A stretch of DNA of 64,000 bases from an uncultured Pseudomonadota bacterium (GTDB lineage Bacteria > Pseudomonadota > Alphaproteobacteria > Rs-D84). The position numbers were made by a program, and so were the translations under genes. The notes beneath the pieces were generated by a model. The model searched no databases. It saw nothing but the letters and a program-made list of their open reading frames with translations, and was not told where the DNA came from. Positions 1-10,553 of this stretch are shown here, piece after piece; the stretch's first letter is position 1; the number at the start of each line of letters is the position of its first letter. The DNA lies in the NCBI GenBank assembly GCA_949296475.1, contig CASFOK010000001.1:20535-84534 (forward strand), in the 5' to 3' direction.

Positions 1-1520
1 GCGCCCTTCTTCAATCGCGCGGATACAGCGTTCATGCAAGAAAATTTGATCCGTATTTGAATATAGACCCAGGAACTATGTCGCCGTTTCAGCACGGCGA
101 GGTTTACGTTACAAACGACGGTTTTGAAACGGATTTGGACTTGGGGTATTATGAAAGATTTCTTGGAATTCAGATGTCCAGGAATGATTCTGTGTCGGGC
201 GGACGTATTTATTGGGACGTATTAAATGCAGAAAGACACGGTGATTATCTTGGCGCAACTGTTCAGATGATACCGCATGTCAGCAACAAACTGAAAGAGT
301 ATATTGGTGCGAATACAGACACTGACTTTGTGGTTTGTGAAATAGGCGGGACAGTTGGTGACATAGAAGGTAAAATATTCCTTGAATCCATTCGTCAGTT
401 TGCAAACGATGTTGGGCGACAAAATGTAATGTTTATACACTTAACGTTAGCCCCTTATTTAGAAACAAGCGGAGAGTTAAAAACCAAACCTACGCAAATG
501 TCCGTGCGCGAGTTATTAGAAAACGGAATTCAGGCGGATATGTTGATTGTTCGTACGCCCAGAATGCTGACTGCCGATGAAAAGGCAAAGATAGGTATGT
601 TTTGTAATTTGCCTGCGAAAAATGTAATCAGCGGTATAGATGTTGATAATATATATAAGATTCCCTTGGCATATGATGCGCAACATGTTTTTGATATAAT
701 GGCCCAGCATTTTGGTTTGCCAAACGCCACGGGAAATACGGATAAATTTCATAAAATAGAAAATTATTTATCGGCGGATTTGCCGGTTGTAAATATCGGG
801 GTTGTTGGCAAGTACTTTGATGTACCGGATGCATATAAATCGCTGAACGAGGCTTTATTTCATGCGGGAATTCAAAATAACGTGCATGTAAAAATTCATA
901 AAATTAATGCCGAACAGTTTAATCCAGACGCCTTGAGTGGTGTAGATGGTATTTTAGTGCCTGGTGGCTTTGGTACGCGCGGTATAGATGGAAAAATAGC
1001 CGCAGCAACCTATGCGCGTGAGAAAGGTGTCCCTTATATGGGAATATGTCTAGGAATGCAGGTTGCGGTAATTGATTTTGCAAGGAATGTGGTTGGTATA
1101 TCAGATGCAGGTTCTGCGGAATTCGGCAAGGCTTGTACGCCCGTCATAAATATAATGGCAGATCATGATTCTGCTGATATGGGGGGGACGTTACGCCTTG
1201 GGGCATATCCGTGTATGATAAAACCGGGCACTCTGGCAGAGAAAATTTATGGTACGCAACAGATATCCGAAAGGCACAGACATAGATATGAAATGGATAC
1301 CGGTTTGTCCGACAAGTTTGAAAAATGTGGCATGATTATTTCTGGGTTAAGCCCGGACGGTCGTTTACCGGAAATCGTAGAATTAAAAAATCATCCGTTC
1401 TTTATTGCGGGACAGTTTCATCCGGAATTTCAATCCAGTCCGTACAAGGGGCATCCGATGTTTAACGCTTTTATTGCGGCGGCCGTAAAAAATAGCCTAG
1501 GTGCCAAAAATAAAGTCTGA
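1..1520 (+). CDS. pyrG: CTP synthase, 5'-partial. The reading frame is open from the window start (frame of nt 3). It contains ...DPYLNIDPGTMSPFQHGEVYVTNDG... and a C-terminal glutamine amidotransferase domain (GICLGMQ).
   Basis: Strong similarity to PyrG along the whole ORF. The ORF track begins at an in-frame TTG, but the frame continues upstream to nt 3 with no stop. Confidence 0.9.
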   Translation, partial: ALLQSRGYSVHARKFDPYLNIDPGTMSPFQHGEVYVTNDGFETDLDLGYYERFLGIQMSRNDSVSGGRIYWDVLNAERHGDYLGATVQMIPHVSNKLKEYIGANTDTDFVVCEIGGTVGDIEGKIFLESIRQFANDVGRQNVMFIHLTLAPYLETSGELKTKPTQMSVRELLENGIQADMLIVRTPRMLTADEKAKIGMFCNLPAKNVISGIDVDNIYKIPLAYDAQHVFDIMAQHFGLPNATGNTDKFHKIENYLSADLPVVNIGVVGKYFDVPDAYKSLNEALFHAGIQNNVHVKIHKINAEQFNPDALSGVDGILVPGGFGTRGIDGKIAAATYAREKGVPYMGICLGMQVAVIDFARNVVGISDAGSAEFGKACTPVINIMADHDSADMGGTLRLGAYPCMIKPGTLAEKIYGTQQISERHRHRYEMDTGLSDKFEKCGMIISGLSPDGRLPEIVELKNHPFFIAGQFHPEFQSSPYKGHPMFNAFIAAAVKNSLGAKNKV

Positions 1521-1811
1521 ATTTGACATTACTTTAATCAATGCGTCAATGTTATCTTGGTCAGAGGTGCGTTGACGCTTTTCTTTTCCGCAAAGTTCGC
1601 ATTTGTGTGTAATTATAAAGCATTCGCCGTCTTTTTCGGCAGAAATAGGGCGCATCATTCCGCCGCAACTTGAAGCCCTGTCACCAGGATTGTTATCAAC
1701 GTGGCGCGACCATAAACAGTGCGGACAATGGTTCGTATAACCATTTCCACGAACAACTGCGCCACAATGAGCGCAGTTAAAATCTTCTATCTTTTTTGTG
1801 AATTTTTTCAT
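1497..1811 (-). CDS. RNHCP-domain small Cys-rich (zinc-ribbon-like) protein
   Basis: 104 aa with CxxC...NHCPHC...CxxC motifs. It overlaps the 3' end of pyrG convergently by 24 nt. Its start overlaps the gapR stop by 1 nt. Confidence 0.55.
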   Translation of the reverse strand: MKKFTKKIEDFNCAHCGAVVRGNGYTNHCPHCLWSRHVDNNPGDRASSCGGMMRPISAEKDGECFIITHKCELCGKEKRQRTSDQDNIDALIKVMSNSDFIFGT

Positions 1812-2059
1812 TACAAACCCAATGCATTACGATACATTTGTGTCAATTCATCGGCTTCATCTAATTCATCGGGGTCCATTTTACGCAATCTTATCATCTG
1901 ACGAATATATTTTGGGTCAAAACCTGCTGATTTAGCCTCGCTATAAATTTCTTTGATGTCTGCGGCGATTGCGGCAGTTTCTTCGTTTAATTTTTCAATT
2001 CTTTCAATTATGCTTAACAACTGTTGGTTGTCAATTGCGCCGTGATTTGCTTCTTTCAT
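1811..2059 (-). CDS. gapR: GapR (DUF2312), an alphaproteobacterial nucleoid-associated protein
   Basis: 82 aa. The segment EIYSEAKSAGFDPKYIRQMIRLRKMD matches the conserved GapR core. Confidence 0.75.
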   Translation of the reverse strand: MKEANHGAIDNQQLLSIIERIEKLNEETAAIAADIKEIYSEAKSAGFDPKYIRQMIRLRKMDPDELDEADELTQMYRNALGL

Positions 2060-2151
2060 TGTAGATTTCCCCTTGTATTTTTATGAGTCTTATGATATAC
2101 AATAAAACGAAAAATGCAAGAAAAACAAAGTTGAAAATTAAGTGGGGAAAA

Positions 2152-3522
2152 ATGAATAGATTTACAAAAATTACGGCATCTATCGGACCAAAATGCGAAG
2201 ATAAAAAAACACTGACAAAAATGATTCAAGCAGGCGTTAATGTATGCAGACTGAATTTTAGTCACGATACGGGTGATGTCCAAGGCAAGAAAATTGATTT
2301 AATTCGTGAAATTTCTGCGAAATTAAATATACCTGTTGCTGTTATGATAGATTTGCAGGGACCTAAACATCGTATCGGTAATTTTGAAACCGAAGAAAAA
2401 TTTCCTTTACAGCACGGTCAAAAATTTATTTTTGATAAGAATGAAAAGCCCGGAAATTCATCGCGCGTACAATTGCCTGACCAGGATGTTTTCGCATCTT
2501 TAAAAATCGGTGACAGAATACTGCTGAACGATGGAAAAATTGAAATGCGCGTGGATTCCGTTACGGAAGATAAAATAGAAACGACGGTTTTACGCGGAAC
2601 AGAGATTTGGTCCAGACGTGGCTTTAATTTGCCTGATACAGAAATTGCAACGTCTGTTTTGACAGACAAAGACAGGGCGGATTTAGAATACGCATTGACC
2701 AAGAATCCTGATTGGGTTGCAATTTCTTTTGTGCAGAAACCAGAAGATATAGCAGAGGTGCGTGATTTTATCACTGCACGCACATCGCATCCAGTTAAAA
2801 TCATTGCAAAGATAGAGCGACCGAATGCGGTTGAAAGAATTACAGAAATCGCCGCCGCATCTGACGGCATAATGATTGCACGCGGGGACCTGGCGGTAGA
2901 GGTGCCCTTTGAAAAACTGCCTGCGATTTCGCGTCATATAATTCGTGAATGTCGTAAAATGAACAAGCCCGTCATTATGGCAACGCAAATGTTGGGTACA
3001 ATGGTAAACAGCGAATTTCCAACGCGCGCAGAAATTACCGATGTTGCAAATACTGCTTATTTGCGTGCTGATTCTACCATGACGTCCGAAGAAACAACCA
3101 TTGGTATTAACCCTGTGAACGTCATTGAAACAATGACAAAGATTTTGTCTTATGCAGACAGTGATGCGATTGCCAATCCATACGATTGGTCACGCGTTGA
3201 AAACGTTCCGGAAAATGATTGGTCACGAAGCGTTGCGTCTATGGCTTATTTAAACAAAGCATCTGCCATAGTCGTTTTTGCGCGTGATACCATAACGGCA
3301 ACGCAAATATCTTGTCGCAAGCCGGATATTCCAATTATTGCCGTTTGTAGGGACCGTTTGATCGCAAATCAACTATGTTTAACGCGTGGAATTTTCCCGA
3401 TTTATGACGAGGATTTATTTGGGCAACGCGATGCCTTTAATGCCGCTCGTTCATTTGGTGTAGAAGAAGGAAAGTTGGTCATAGTTGATGAGGATAAAAT
3501 TAGTTTACGAACATTGGATTAA
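2152..3522 (+). CDS. pyk: pyruvate kinase
   Basis: MNRFTKITASIGPK... matches the PK N-terminus. The ATG at 2152 is preferred over the upstream in-frame start at 2083. C-terminal regulatory domain is present. Confidence 0.9.
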   Translation: MNRFTKITASIGPKCEDKKTLTKMIQAGVNVCRLNFSHDTGDVQGKKIDLIREISAKLNIPVAVMIDLQGPKHRIGNFETEEKFPLQHGQKFIFDKNEKPGNSSRVQLPDQDVFASLKIGDRILLNDGKIEMRVDSVTEDKIETTVLRGTEIWSRRGFNLPDTEIATSVLTDKDRADLEYALTKNPDWVAISFVQKPEDIAEVRDFITARTSHPVKIIAKIERPNAVERITEIAAASDGIMIARGDLAVEVPFEKLPAISRHIIRECRKMNKPVIMATQMLGTMVNSEFPTRAEITDVANTAYLRADSTMTSEETTIGINPVNVIETMTKILSYADSDAIANPYDWSRVENVPENDWSRSVASMAYLNKASAIVVFARDTITATQISCRKPDIPIIAVCRDRLIANQLCLTRGIFPIYDEDLFGQRDAFNAARSFGVEEGKLVIVDEDKISLRTLD

Positions 3523-3540
3523 AGGAAAAATAATATTAAT

Positions 3541-3579
3541 AACGGCGGGAAAAGTATTGACCGCCGTTATGTTTTTTTA
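3541..3579 (+). terminator. rho-independent terminator after pyk
   Basis: aacggcgg-N12-ccgccgtt hairpin followed by a T7 run. Confidence 0.6.
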
Positions 3580-3596
3580 TTAAAATCTTTATTGAA

Positions 3597-4772
3597 ATGA
3601 AAAGGTTGGTTGGGATTTTTCTTGTTACATATTTTATGTGTGGCACTGCTTTTGCGGCGCAGTACAAGGCCGCTTTGGTTGCAGATATGGATAGCGGGCG
3701 AATACTTTATCAGGAAAACGCAAACGTTCAAAATTATCCAGCCAGTTTGACTAAGATTATGACTTTGTATTTAACGTTTGATGCGTTGGAACACGGACGT
3801 TTGCATTTAGACGATTATTTGATTGTATCACAATCTGCGGCGGCTGCGTCACCTGTTAAACTGGGGTTGACCGCAGGCAGTAAAATAAAAGTAGAAGATG
3901 CGATAAAGGCTCTGACGGTGTTAAGTGCTAATGATGTCGCGCGCGTGTTGGCAGAAAATTTGAAAGGCGGAAAAGAGGGGAATTTTGCAGAACTAATGAC
4001 GCGCGTGGCGAATGAAATTGGTTTGTCTGGGACTAATTTTGAAAACTCGTCTGGGTTGCCGAACGATGACCAATTATCAACTGCGCGTGACATAGCGTTA
4101 TTATCCATGGCGATTTATAAGCATTTCCCTCAATATTGGAAGTATTTCAGTATCAAAACGTGGACTTATAACGGTAAAACGTATACTAACGGAAACAGGT
4201 TGTTGGGGACTTATCCGGGGTGCGATGGCATGAAAACGGGTTATACCAATAAATCGCGCTATTCGTTGGTTGCAACGGCTAAACGTGATAATCATCATTT
4301 AATATCCGTTGTTTTGGGCGCTGAAAACAAAGATGTTCGTGCAAATACCGCGGCAAAACTGTTAAACAAAGGTTTTGCTATGGTTGATAGTGGCGATGTG
4401 CCTTCTATGTCGCAGACTTATTACGCGCCTGCGCAAACTGTTGATTATTCTGCGCCGACGTTTAAGGCGGCATATAACGCTGCTACAACTGGTGCGTCGC
4501 AATATAAAACAGTTGATAATTATGCGGATAATAAGTCCGATAACAACTTAACTGCTGGTGGGGCGGGTGTGCAGTTTGGTGCTTTTTCTTCGCGCAGTGC
4601 CGCGCAAAAACAGGTCAGCCTTGTTAAGAATAAACTGGGCATCAGCACGGTAATTGAAGATGCGCCAAACGGAATGTATCGCGTTCGCGCAAACGGTTTG
4701 TCAGACAGTTCTGCGCAAAATGTAAAAAGCAGGGCAGACAACGCCGGAATTGATTGTTATATATTTCACTAG
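3597..4772 (+). CDS. dacC: D-alanyl-D-alanine carboxypeptidase (PBP5/6 family) with C-terminal SPOR domain
   Basis: Signal peptide. SxxK motif (ASLTKIMT). SPOR-like C-terminus (GVQFGAFSSRSAAQ...YRVRANGL). Confidence 0.85.
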   Translation: MKRLVGIFLVTYFMCGTAFAAQYKAALVADMDSGRILYQENANVQNYPASLTKIMTLYLTFDALEHGRLHLDDYLIVSQSAAAASPVKLGLTAGSKIKVEDAIKALTVLSANDVARVLAENLKGGKEGNFAELMTRVANEIGLSGTNFENSSGLPNDDQLSTARDIALLSMAIYKHFPQYWKYFSIKTWTYNGKTYTNGNRLLGTYPGCDGMKTGYTNKSRYSLVATAKRDNHHLISVVLGAENKDVRANTAAKLLNKGFAMVDSGDVPSMSQTYYAPAQTVDYSAPTFKAAYNAATTGASQYKTVDNYADNKSDNNLTAGGAGVQFGAFSSRSAAQKQVSLVKNKLGISTVIEDAPNGMYRVRANGLSDSSAQNVKSRADNAGIDCYIFH

Positions 4773-4781
4773 GTAATACTT

Positions 4782-5378
4782 ATGAATTCAAAGATAGAAA
4801 AACTTATAAAACAATTCGCAAAGTTACCGCGTTTAGGCTCGCGGGCGGCGCAACGTATCGTTTTATCTTTATTGCAAGATAAAACAGGTCGGGCGATAAA
4901 TTTAGCAAATGCTTTGATTGATGCGTCCAGTTCTATAAAACCGTGTACTGTATGTGGCGTGTTAACAGATGTAGATTTTGGTGTATGTGAGTTTTGTCGC
5001 GATTCTACGCGGGCTAATGGTCAGTTATGTGTTGTGCGTGATTTGTCTGATGTGTGGGTGTTGGAAAAGTCGGCTGTTTTTCACGGTCGCTATCATATAC
5101 TTGGTGGGTTGTTGTCTGGGGTTGCGGGTATGACGCCGGAAGATTTGAATATATCTGGGTTGGCGGAAAGAATAAAAAAAGAAAATATTACAGAGGTGAT
5201 TTTTGCGTTACCTAATACGGTAGAAGGAAAAACCACGCAGCACTATGTTATGTCGGTTATTGGGGCGGGGGACGTTCGTTTTACGGAATTGGCGTCGGGT
5301 GTGCCTTTGGGTGGTGACTTAGATTATCTGGATGATGGGACATTAACGTTGGCTTTTGGGGGGCGCAAGGATTTATGA
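4782..5378 (+). CDS. recR: recombination protein RecR
   Basis: LPRLGSRAAQRI HhH motif, C4 zinc finger (CTVCG...CEFC), Toprim region. Confidence 0.9.
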   Translation: MNSKIEKLIKQFAKLPRLGSRAAQRIVLSLLQDKTGRAINLANALIDASSSIKPCTVCGVLTDVDFGVCEFCRDSTRANGQLCVVRDLSDVWVLEKSAVFHGRYHILGGLLSGVAGMTPEDLNISGLAERIKKENITEVIFALPNTVEGKTTQHYVMSVIGAGDVRFTELASGVPLGGDLDYLDDGTLTLAFGGRKDL

Positions 5379-6202
5379 GTGAAGAAACGTTACAATCTTT
5401 ACCGCCCGTATCGGATATGATGCGTAATGCCGGTCTAGAACCCAAGAAACAATTCGGTCAAAATTTTTTATTTGATTTGAATTTAACCGGTCGCATAGCA
5501 AGAAGCGTTCCAGATATAACCACTACAAACGTTGTAGAAATAGGACCGGGCCCTGGCGGTTTAACGCGTGCGTTATTAATGGCGGGGGCTTTGCGTGTTA
5601 TTGCAATTGAAAAGGATAAAACAACCGAACCTATATTATCAAAAATTGCGGACAGTGCATACGGTCGTTTAAGTGTAATTTATGCGGATGCTTTAAAGGT
5701 AGATTTTACAAAACTTGGTATAACGGATTATGCAATATGTTCTAATTTGCCTTATAACGTTGGAACGGAATTATTTATAAATTGGTTATTGCGCATGGCG
5801 CAAGGAGAGCCCATTAAATCAATGACATTAATGTTCCAGCGCGAAGTTGCACAACGTATAACAGCAAAACCAGGCGATAAGCAATACGGTCGGTTAAGCG
5901 TGTTGACTAGTTTAATTTCAGACGCAAAAATTTTGTTTGATGTACCTAATACCGCGTTTGTACCGCGCCCAAAGGTACAAAGTGCAGTCATACAAGTATT
6001 GCCGAACGTGTCAAAGATAAAAAAACTTGGTGACGTTGGGGCGCTGGGTACAATGACCGCTAAACTTTTTGGTCAGCGGCGCAAGATGATACGCGGTATA
6101 ATACCAGGAATTGATTGGTCGCAATTTGGTTTAACTGGAACGGAAAGAGCGGAAGATTTATCACCGGAAACGTTTGCACAAATGGCAAAAATTTTGGTAT
6201 AA
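5375..6202 (+). CDS. rsmA: 16S rRNA (adenine1518/1519-N6)-dimethyltransferase
   Basis: KKQFGQNFL motif and SAM-binding EIGPGPGGLT. ATGA overlap with recR. Confidence 0.9.
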   Translation: MSEETLQSLPPVSDMMRNAGLEPKKQFGQNFLFDLNLTGRIARSVPDITTTNVVEIGPGPGGLTRALLMAGALRVIAIEKDKTTEPILSKIADSAYGRLSVIYADALKVDFTKLGITDYAICSNLPYNVGTELFINWLLRMAQGEPIKSMTLMFQREVAQRITAKPGDKQYGRLSVLTSLISDAKILFDVPNTAFVPRPKVQSAVIQVLPNVSKIKKLGDVGALGTMTAKLFGQRRKMIRGIIPGIDWSQFGLTGTERAEDLSPETFAQMAKILV

Positions 6203-6237
6203 TAAGTTAAAGTTTAAATAACGGAGAGAGGAGCAGA

Positions 6238-7944
6238 ATGTCAGTCGCAATTTTAATATTTTTTGCAATACTGTTTGTTTTGATGTGTATTTTACGTGTT
6301 GCGCGTATTGGTGCTTTGGTTGCGTTTTTATTGGCGGGCATTATTTCGGGGCCATACGTATTAAATCTGTTTCAGTTAACAGATACTTGGACGTTCTTGG
6401 GTGATTTAGGAATATTGTTTTTGTGGTTTACATTGGGGTTGGAAATAAATATGAAGCGTCTGTGGAATATGCGACGTACAATATTTGGGTTTGGGGCCGC
6501 CCAGGTTTTAATGGTTGCTGTAATGATGTTTCCGATTTTATTTGGGGTTACGTCTTGGACGATAATGGGCTGCATAATGGTATCTTTGTTGTTAGCAATG
6601 TCCAGTACGTCCGAAGACATGCAACTGCTGATTGACAGAAATCAGTTAAATACAGATATGGGTCATCAGACATTTTCTATTTTATTATTCCAAGATTTAT
6701 TGTCTATTCCATTATTGGCTATGTTGCCTGTATTTGCGGGTAAAAGTTTTAACTTAGGGGCAACGGCCATAGACGTGTTTGTATTGTCTGTTGCGTTAAT
6801 TATTGGCGTCGTGATTGTCGGTCGTTTTATATTGAATCCGTTGATGAAACTGGTTGCCAGGATAAAATCCAAAGAGGTTTTTTTATTAGCCATCATGTTA
6901 AATATAGTTGCATGGGCAATAGTTATGGACTTGATTGGCTTACCGGTTGGTTTGGGGGCGTTTTTGGCGGGAATGTTGCTGTCTGAAACAATATACCGTC
7001 ATCAGATTAGTGCGGAAATTTCACCGTATTCAATGCTGTTCTTGGCGTTCTTTTTCATTGCGTTAGGTATGGGGTTAAATTTACATTTCTTGGGACAGTA
7101 TTGGTATGTAGTGCTGGGCGGTGTAATAGGTTTGATTGTAATAAAGTTTTGGGCGATATTTATGGTTGCGCGCGTTCGCAACGTTGAAACATCAGACGCT
7201 GTGACCATTGCTTTGTTGTTATCCCAAGGTGGTGAATTTGGATTACTAATGTTGCAGACCATGAAAACGTCGGGGATAGACGCTTTGCCGGAAATGCACC
7301 AAGAAATTGTTACGGCTATTATAATAATATCTATTATGATGACGCCTATTTTATTGGCAGTATACGACAAGTTGCGCCGTTCTGGCAAATATTTGGCAAA
7401 GCAACCGCGTTCTGTTCGCGGGAAAAATTCTTCGGAACAAAAGCCTGCGGTTGTCATTTGCGGTTTTGGTCGTGTCGGGCAAATAATTGCGCAGATGTTA
7501 ACGGCCGAGAAAATATCTTACGTTGCCATAGATACAGATGTAAACGCTGTGATGTTAGGTCGGGAACGTGGTTTTAATGTGGTATATGGTGATACTCGTA
7601 ATGCGACTGTTTTGCGCGATTTGGGTTTGCAGCCACGTCATACAAGGGCGGTTGTTATTGCGCTGGATAACGCGACTACTACGCGAAATACAGTGCTAAC
7701 CGTCAGAAGTATCGCCCCCAGGGTAAAGATATTCGCGCGCGCGCGCAATTTGGCTGATTCTAAAGTTTTATTAAAGGAAGGCGTCATAGAAGCGCAACCT
7801 GAAACAATAGAATCATCGTTCTTCTTGGGGTATGGCGTTCTGTCGCACCTTGGCATATCGGAAAACAAAATAGAAAATTTATTGGACGAAATGCGTTCTA
7901 ATAATTATTCTATGGTTGATAATCCGGTGTCTGACGCGCAATGA
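6238..7944 (+). CDS. Kef-type monovalent cation:proton antiporter (CPA2) with C-terminal TrkA-N/RCK domain
   Basis: Multi-TM N-terminal part. GFGRVGQIIAQML Rossmann motif. Confidence 0.8.
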   Translation: MSVAILIFFAILFVLMCILRVARIGALVAFLLAGIISGPYVLNLFQLTDTWTFLGDLGILFLWFTLGLEINMKRLWNMRRTIFGFGAAQVLMVAVMMFPILFGVTSWTIMGCIMVSLLLAMSSTSEDMQLLIDRNQLNTDMGHQTFSILLFQDLLSIPLLAMLPVFAGKSFNLGATAIDVFVLSVALIIGVVIVGRFILNPLMKLVARIKSKEVFLLAIMLNIVAWAIVMDLIGLPVGLGAFLAGMLLSETIYRHQISAEISPYSMLFLAFFFIALGMGLNLHFLGQYWYVVLGGVIGLIVIKFWAIFMVARVRNVETSDAVTIALLLSQGGEFGLLMLQTMKTSGIDALPEMHQEIVTAIIIISIMMTPILLAVYDKLRRSGKYLAKQPRSVRGKNSSEQKPAVVICGFGRVGQIIAQMLTAEKISYVAIDTDVNAVMLGRERGFNVVYGDTRNATVLRDLGLQPRHTRAVVIALDNATTTRNTVLTVRSIAPRVKIFARARNLADSKVLLKEGVIEAQPETIESSFFLGYGVLSHLGISENKIENLLDEMRSNNYSMVDNPVSDAQ

Positions 7945-8021
7945 TTTGTCCCCGTTTGGGGACTTTTTATATTTGCTTTTATTTCATTGTATTGTTATAT
8001 TTCGTGAAACAGGGGAAAAAT

Positions 8022-8573
8022 ATGAAAAACAAGATATTAAAATATTGTGCAATAATACTGGGTATTATATTATTGGATCAGTTAACAAAAGATTTTCTGC
8101 TTTATTTGATAACGGGTTCTGTTCCTGCATTTGGGGCTGCATGGGCGATTGTGCCTGTACCTTATTTAATGACGCAGGTTGGGGACTTTTTTAATATAGT
8201 ATTTACTTGGAATCCGGGCGCATCGTTTTCAATGTTGCGCGCTGTGGGCGAAGCGGCACCGTTGCTTATTATCGTCATAACGGGTTTTGTAATTGGTGTT
8301 ATTGCGTATTATTTGTTTGCGCGTGCAAAGTCTTATGAAAGGTTTCCTTTGGCGTTAATAGTTGGCGGTGCATTGGGAAATTTGATTGACCGGATAAGAT
8401 TTGGTGCGGTGATTGACTTTTTAGATTTTCATGTTGGCGGTTGGCATTGGCCTGCGTTTAACGTTGCGGATATGTGCATAGTAATTGGCGTTGGTTTGTT
8501 TATATTGAATTGGTACTTGGCCAGACGTCGTTGCGTGGAACAAGTAAAATCAAAAGAAAAGGGTGGTAAATAA
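8022..8573 (+). CDS. lspA: lipoprotein signal peptidase II
   Basis: WNPGASFSM, GNLIDR and FNVAD motifs. ATG at 8022 is preferred over the TTG-extended ORF from 7941. Confidence 0.85.
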   Translation: MKNKILKYCAIILGIILLDQLTKDFLLYLITGSVPAFGAAWAIVPVPYLMTQVGDFFNIVFTWNPGASFSMLRAVGEAAPLLIIVITGFVIGVIAYYLFARAKSYERFPLALIVGGALGNLIDRIRFGAVIDFLDFHVGGWHWPAFNVADMCIVIGVGLFILNWYLARRRCVEQVKSKEKGGK

Positions 8574-8575
8574 TC

Positions 8576-10150
8576 ATGGTAAAGTATTTAGATAATAATT
8601 CTGGCTTTCAGCAATGGAGTGCGAATAAGTACGCACAAGAAAAGTCAAAATCACGTTGGGGTACTTTTTTTTGGTGGTTGATGTTGTTCTTGGCAGCGTG
8701 GTGGTTAATTGGCGTTATGATGGGACCGAAACCAGCCGCTGAAACCGCAGAAGACGCAACCGTGGTCACAGAAGATTTGTCTGGCGTTCCTGTGTCAGAG
8801 ATAAAGTCTGATGACATTACCGCCAACGTTCAGGGGTTGCGAATTTATGATGTAAAATTATTAAATTTTGCTCAGGACAGTTCCGTCGCGGATAGCGGAC
8901 CTGTGTCTTTGTTATCCCAAGACGGCGCATTTGCCGAGGTTGGCATTTTATCACCGGGCACATCTGCCCCTGTTGCGAAAACCGTGTGGAAGAAAGACGG
9001 TGATACATTTGTCTGGCGTAATTCTGATGGTATTGAATACCGCAGACAGATAAGTGTAGACGGGTATTTAATTTCCGTGTCGGACACAATCAAGAACGCT
9101 TCGGGTAAAGACATCAGTGTTGCACCGTACGCCAGAATCGTTCGTGCAAACGATGTCGTTTCGTCTGCGGGCGTTTACACCGGTGCAATTGCGTATGCTA
9201 ATTCAGATATAGAACGAGACGATTGGCACGACATAGACAAAAAGTCTTTTGCATATTCAACGACAACCGGTTTTATTGGTTTCGCAGATCAATATTGGGA
9301 AACGATTGTATCTGTGGACAGTCCGGACCAGACGTTGCGTATAAAAAAGACGGGTGATTTGTATCAGGCGGACGTTGCGGCAAACGCCGTTTCCGTATCT
9401 GCCGGGGAAAGCAAAACAATAACGACGAACTTGTTTGTCGGCCCGCGTGAACAGCGCGTATTAGATTTAGTGTCTGCCAAGATTGCCGGCATAGACGATA
9501 CGATTGATTACGGATGGTTTTGGTTCTTGGCGCGTCCTATGTTATGGGCGTTAAACGGTTTGAACTCAATTGTTATGAACTATGGCGTAGCGATAATAAT
9601 ATTGACGATATTGTTACGTATTTTGATGTGGCCGCTTACCAGAAAGTCTTATACTTCAATGATGGCGATGCAAAAGATGCAGCCGGAACTGACGCGCATA
9701 CAAAAATTATACGGTAACGACAAGATGCGCTTGCAGATGGAAATGATGAAACTGTATCAGACGCACAAGACTTCACCGATGTCAGGGTGTTTACCTATGT
9801 TGATACAGATACCAATTTTCTTTGCGTTGTACAAGGCGTTATTGATATCTGTTCAGATGCGCAGTGCCCACTTTTTATGGATATCTGATTTAGCGACCAT
9901 GGACCCATATTTCATATTACCGATATTGATGGGGGCAACCATGTGGTTACAACAATATTTACAGACGCCTGCGAAAAGTAACGGTTCTGTGAACGATGCG
10001 GTTGCGCAAACACAAAAGGTTATGAAATGGATGCCGTTATTATTCACAGTTATGTTTGCGTGGATGCCTGCGGGTCTGGTGTTATATTGGACGATGTCAA
10101 ACGTTTTCGGCATCGGCCAGATGTATTACATCAAGAAATTTAACAAATAA
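8576..10150 (+). CDS. yidC: membrane protein insertase YidC
   Basis: 524 aa with a large periplasmic domain and the conserved C-terminal 5-TM core. Confidence 0.9.
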   Translation: MVKYLDNNSGFQQWSANKYAQEKSKSRWGTFFWWLMLFLAAWWLIGVMMGPKPAAETAEDATVVTEDLSGVPVSEIKSDDITANVQGLRIYDVKLLNFAQDSSVADSGPVSLLSQDGAFAEVGILSPGTSAPVAKTVWKKDGDTFVWRNSDGIEYRRQISVDGYLISVSDTIKNASGKDISVAPYARIVRANDVVSSAGVYTGAIAYANSDIERDDWHDIDKKSFAYSTTTGFIGFADQYWETIVSVDSPDQTLRIKKTGDLYQADVAANAVSVSAGESKTITTNLFVGPREQRVLDLVSAKIAGIDDTIDYGWFWFLARPMLWALNGLNSIVMNYGVAIIILTILLRILMWPLTRKSYTSMMAMQKMQPELTRIQKLYGNDKMRLQMEMMKLYQTHKTSPMSGCLPMLIQIPIFFALYKALLISVQMRSAHFLWISDLATMDPYFILPILMGATMWLQQYLQTPAKSNGSVNDAVAQTQKVMKWMPLLFTVMFAWMPAGLVLYWTMSNVFGIGQMYYIKKFNK

Positions 10151-10154
10151 ACTT

Positions 10155-10182
10155 TGAACGCCCAGACGGGCGTTTAATTTTT
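10155..10182 (+). terminator. rho-independent terminator after yidC
   Basis: aacgcccagacgggcgtt hairpin followed by a T-rich tract (taattttt). Confidence 0.6.
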
Positions 10183-10553
10183 GCATATAAAGCGTTTGGT
10201 GTTTGTATAAATGGTGCTTTGTTTATACCCAGGACTTGTTTAGTTAAATCCACGCAGGTTTTTGGTTTCTTATATTCGTAAGTATGTTTTTGATTTATGC
10301 ATACGAATTCCCAGCCTGCGTTTTTTAATAATTGCATACTGTTAATAGTCAGCGGGATTTTTACAATATGCTTATATTTAACAAAGTGCAACATTATAAA
10401 GCGATTGTTTTTTCTAAGTATGGGTGCGCAGTGCTTGTACCTGCGACAAAATATTTTCGGTATAAATTTAGAAGTTTTTTTTGCAAAGGCGACGATAATC
10501 ATAAAGAATCCTTTTGTATATTTTCGCACGCCTGAACGGCGTGCGGTATAAAA

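Noticed and set aside
2083-2151. N-terminal 23-aa extension of pyk in the ORF track
   Set aside because: The PK homology begins at MNRFTKITASIGPK (2152), and the extension is Lys-rich with no homology.
10140-10529. 129-aa minus-strand ORF overlapping the yidC 3' end
   Set aside because: Lys-rich and AT-driven composition in a 370-nt AT-rich spacer. It overlaps the yidC stop and terminator. Most likely a non-coding intergenic region (possible sRNA or promoter space).
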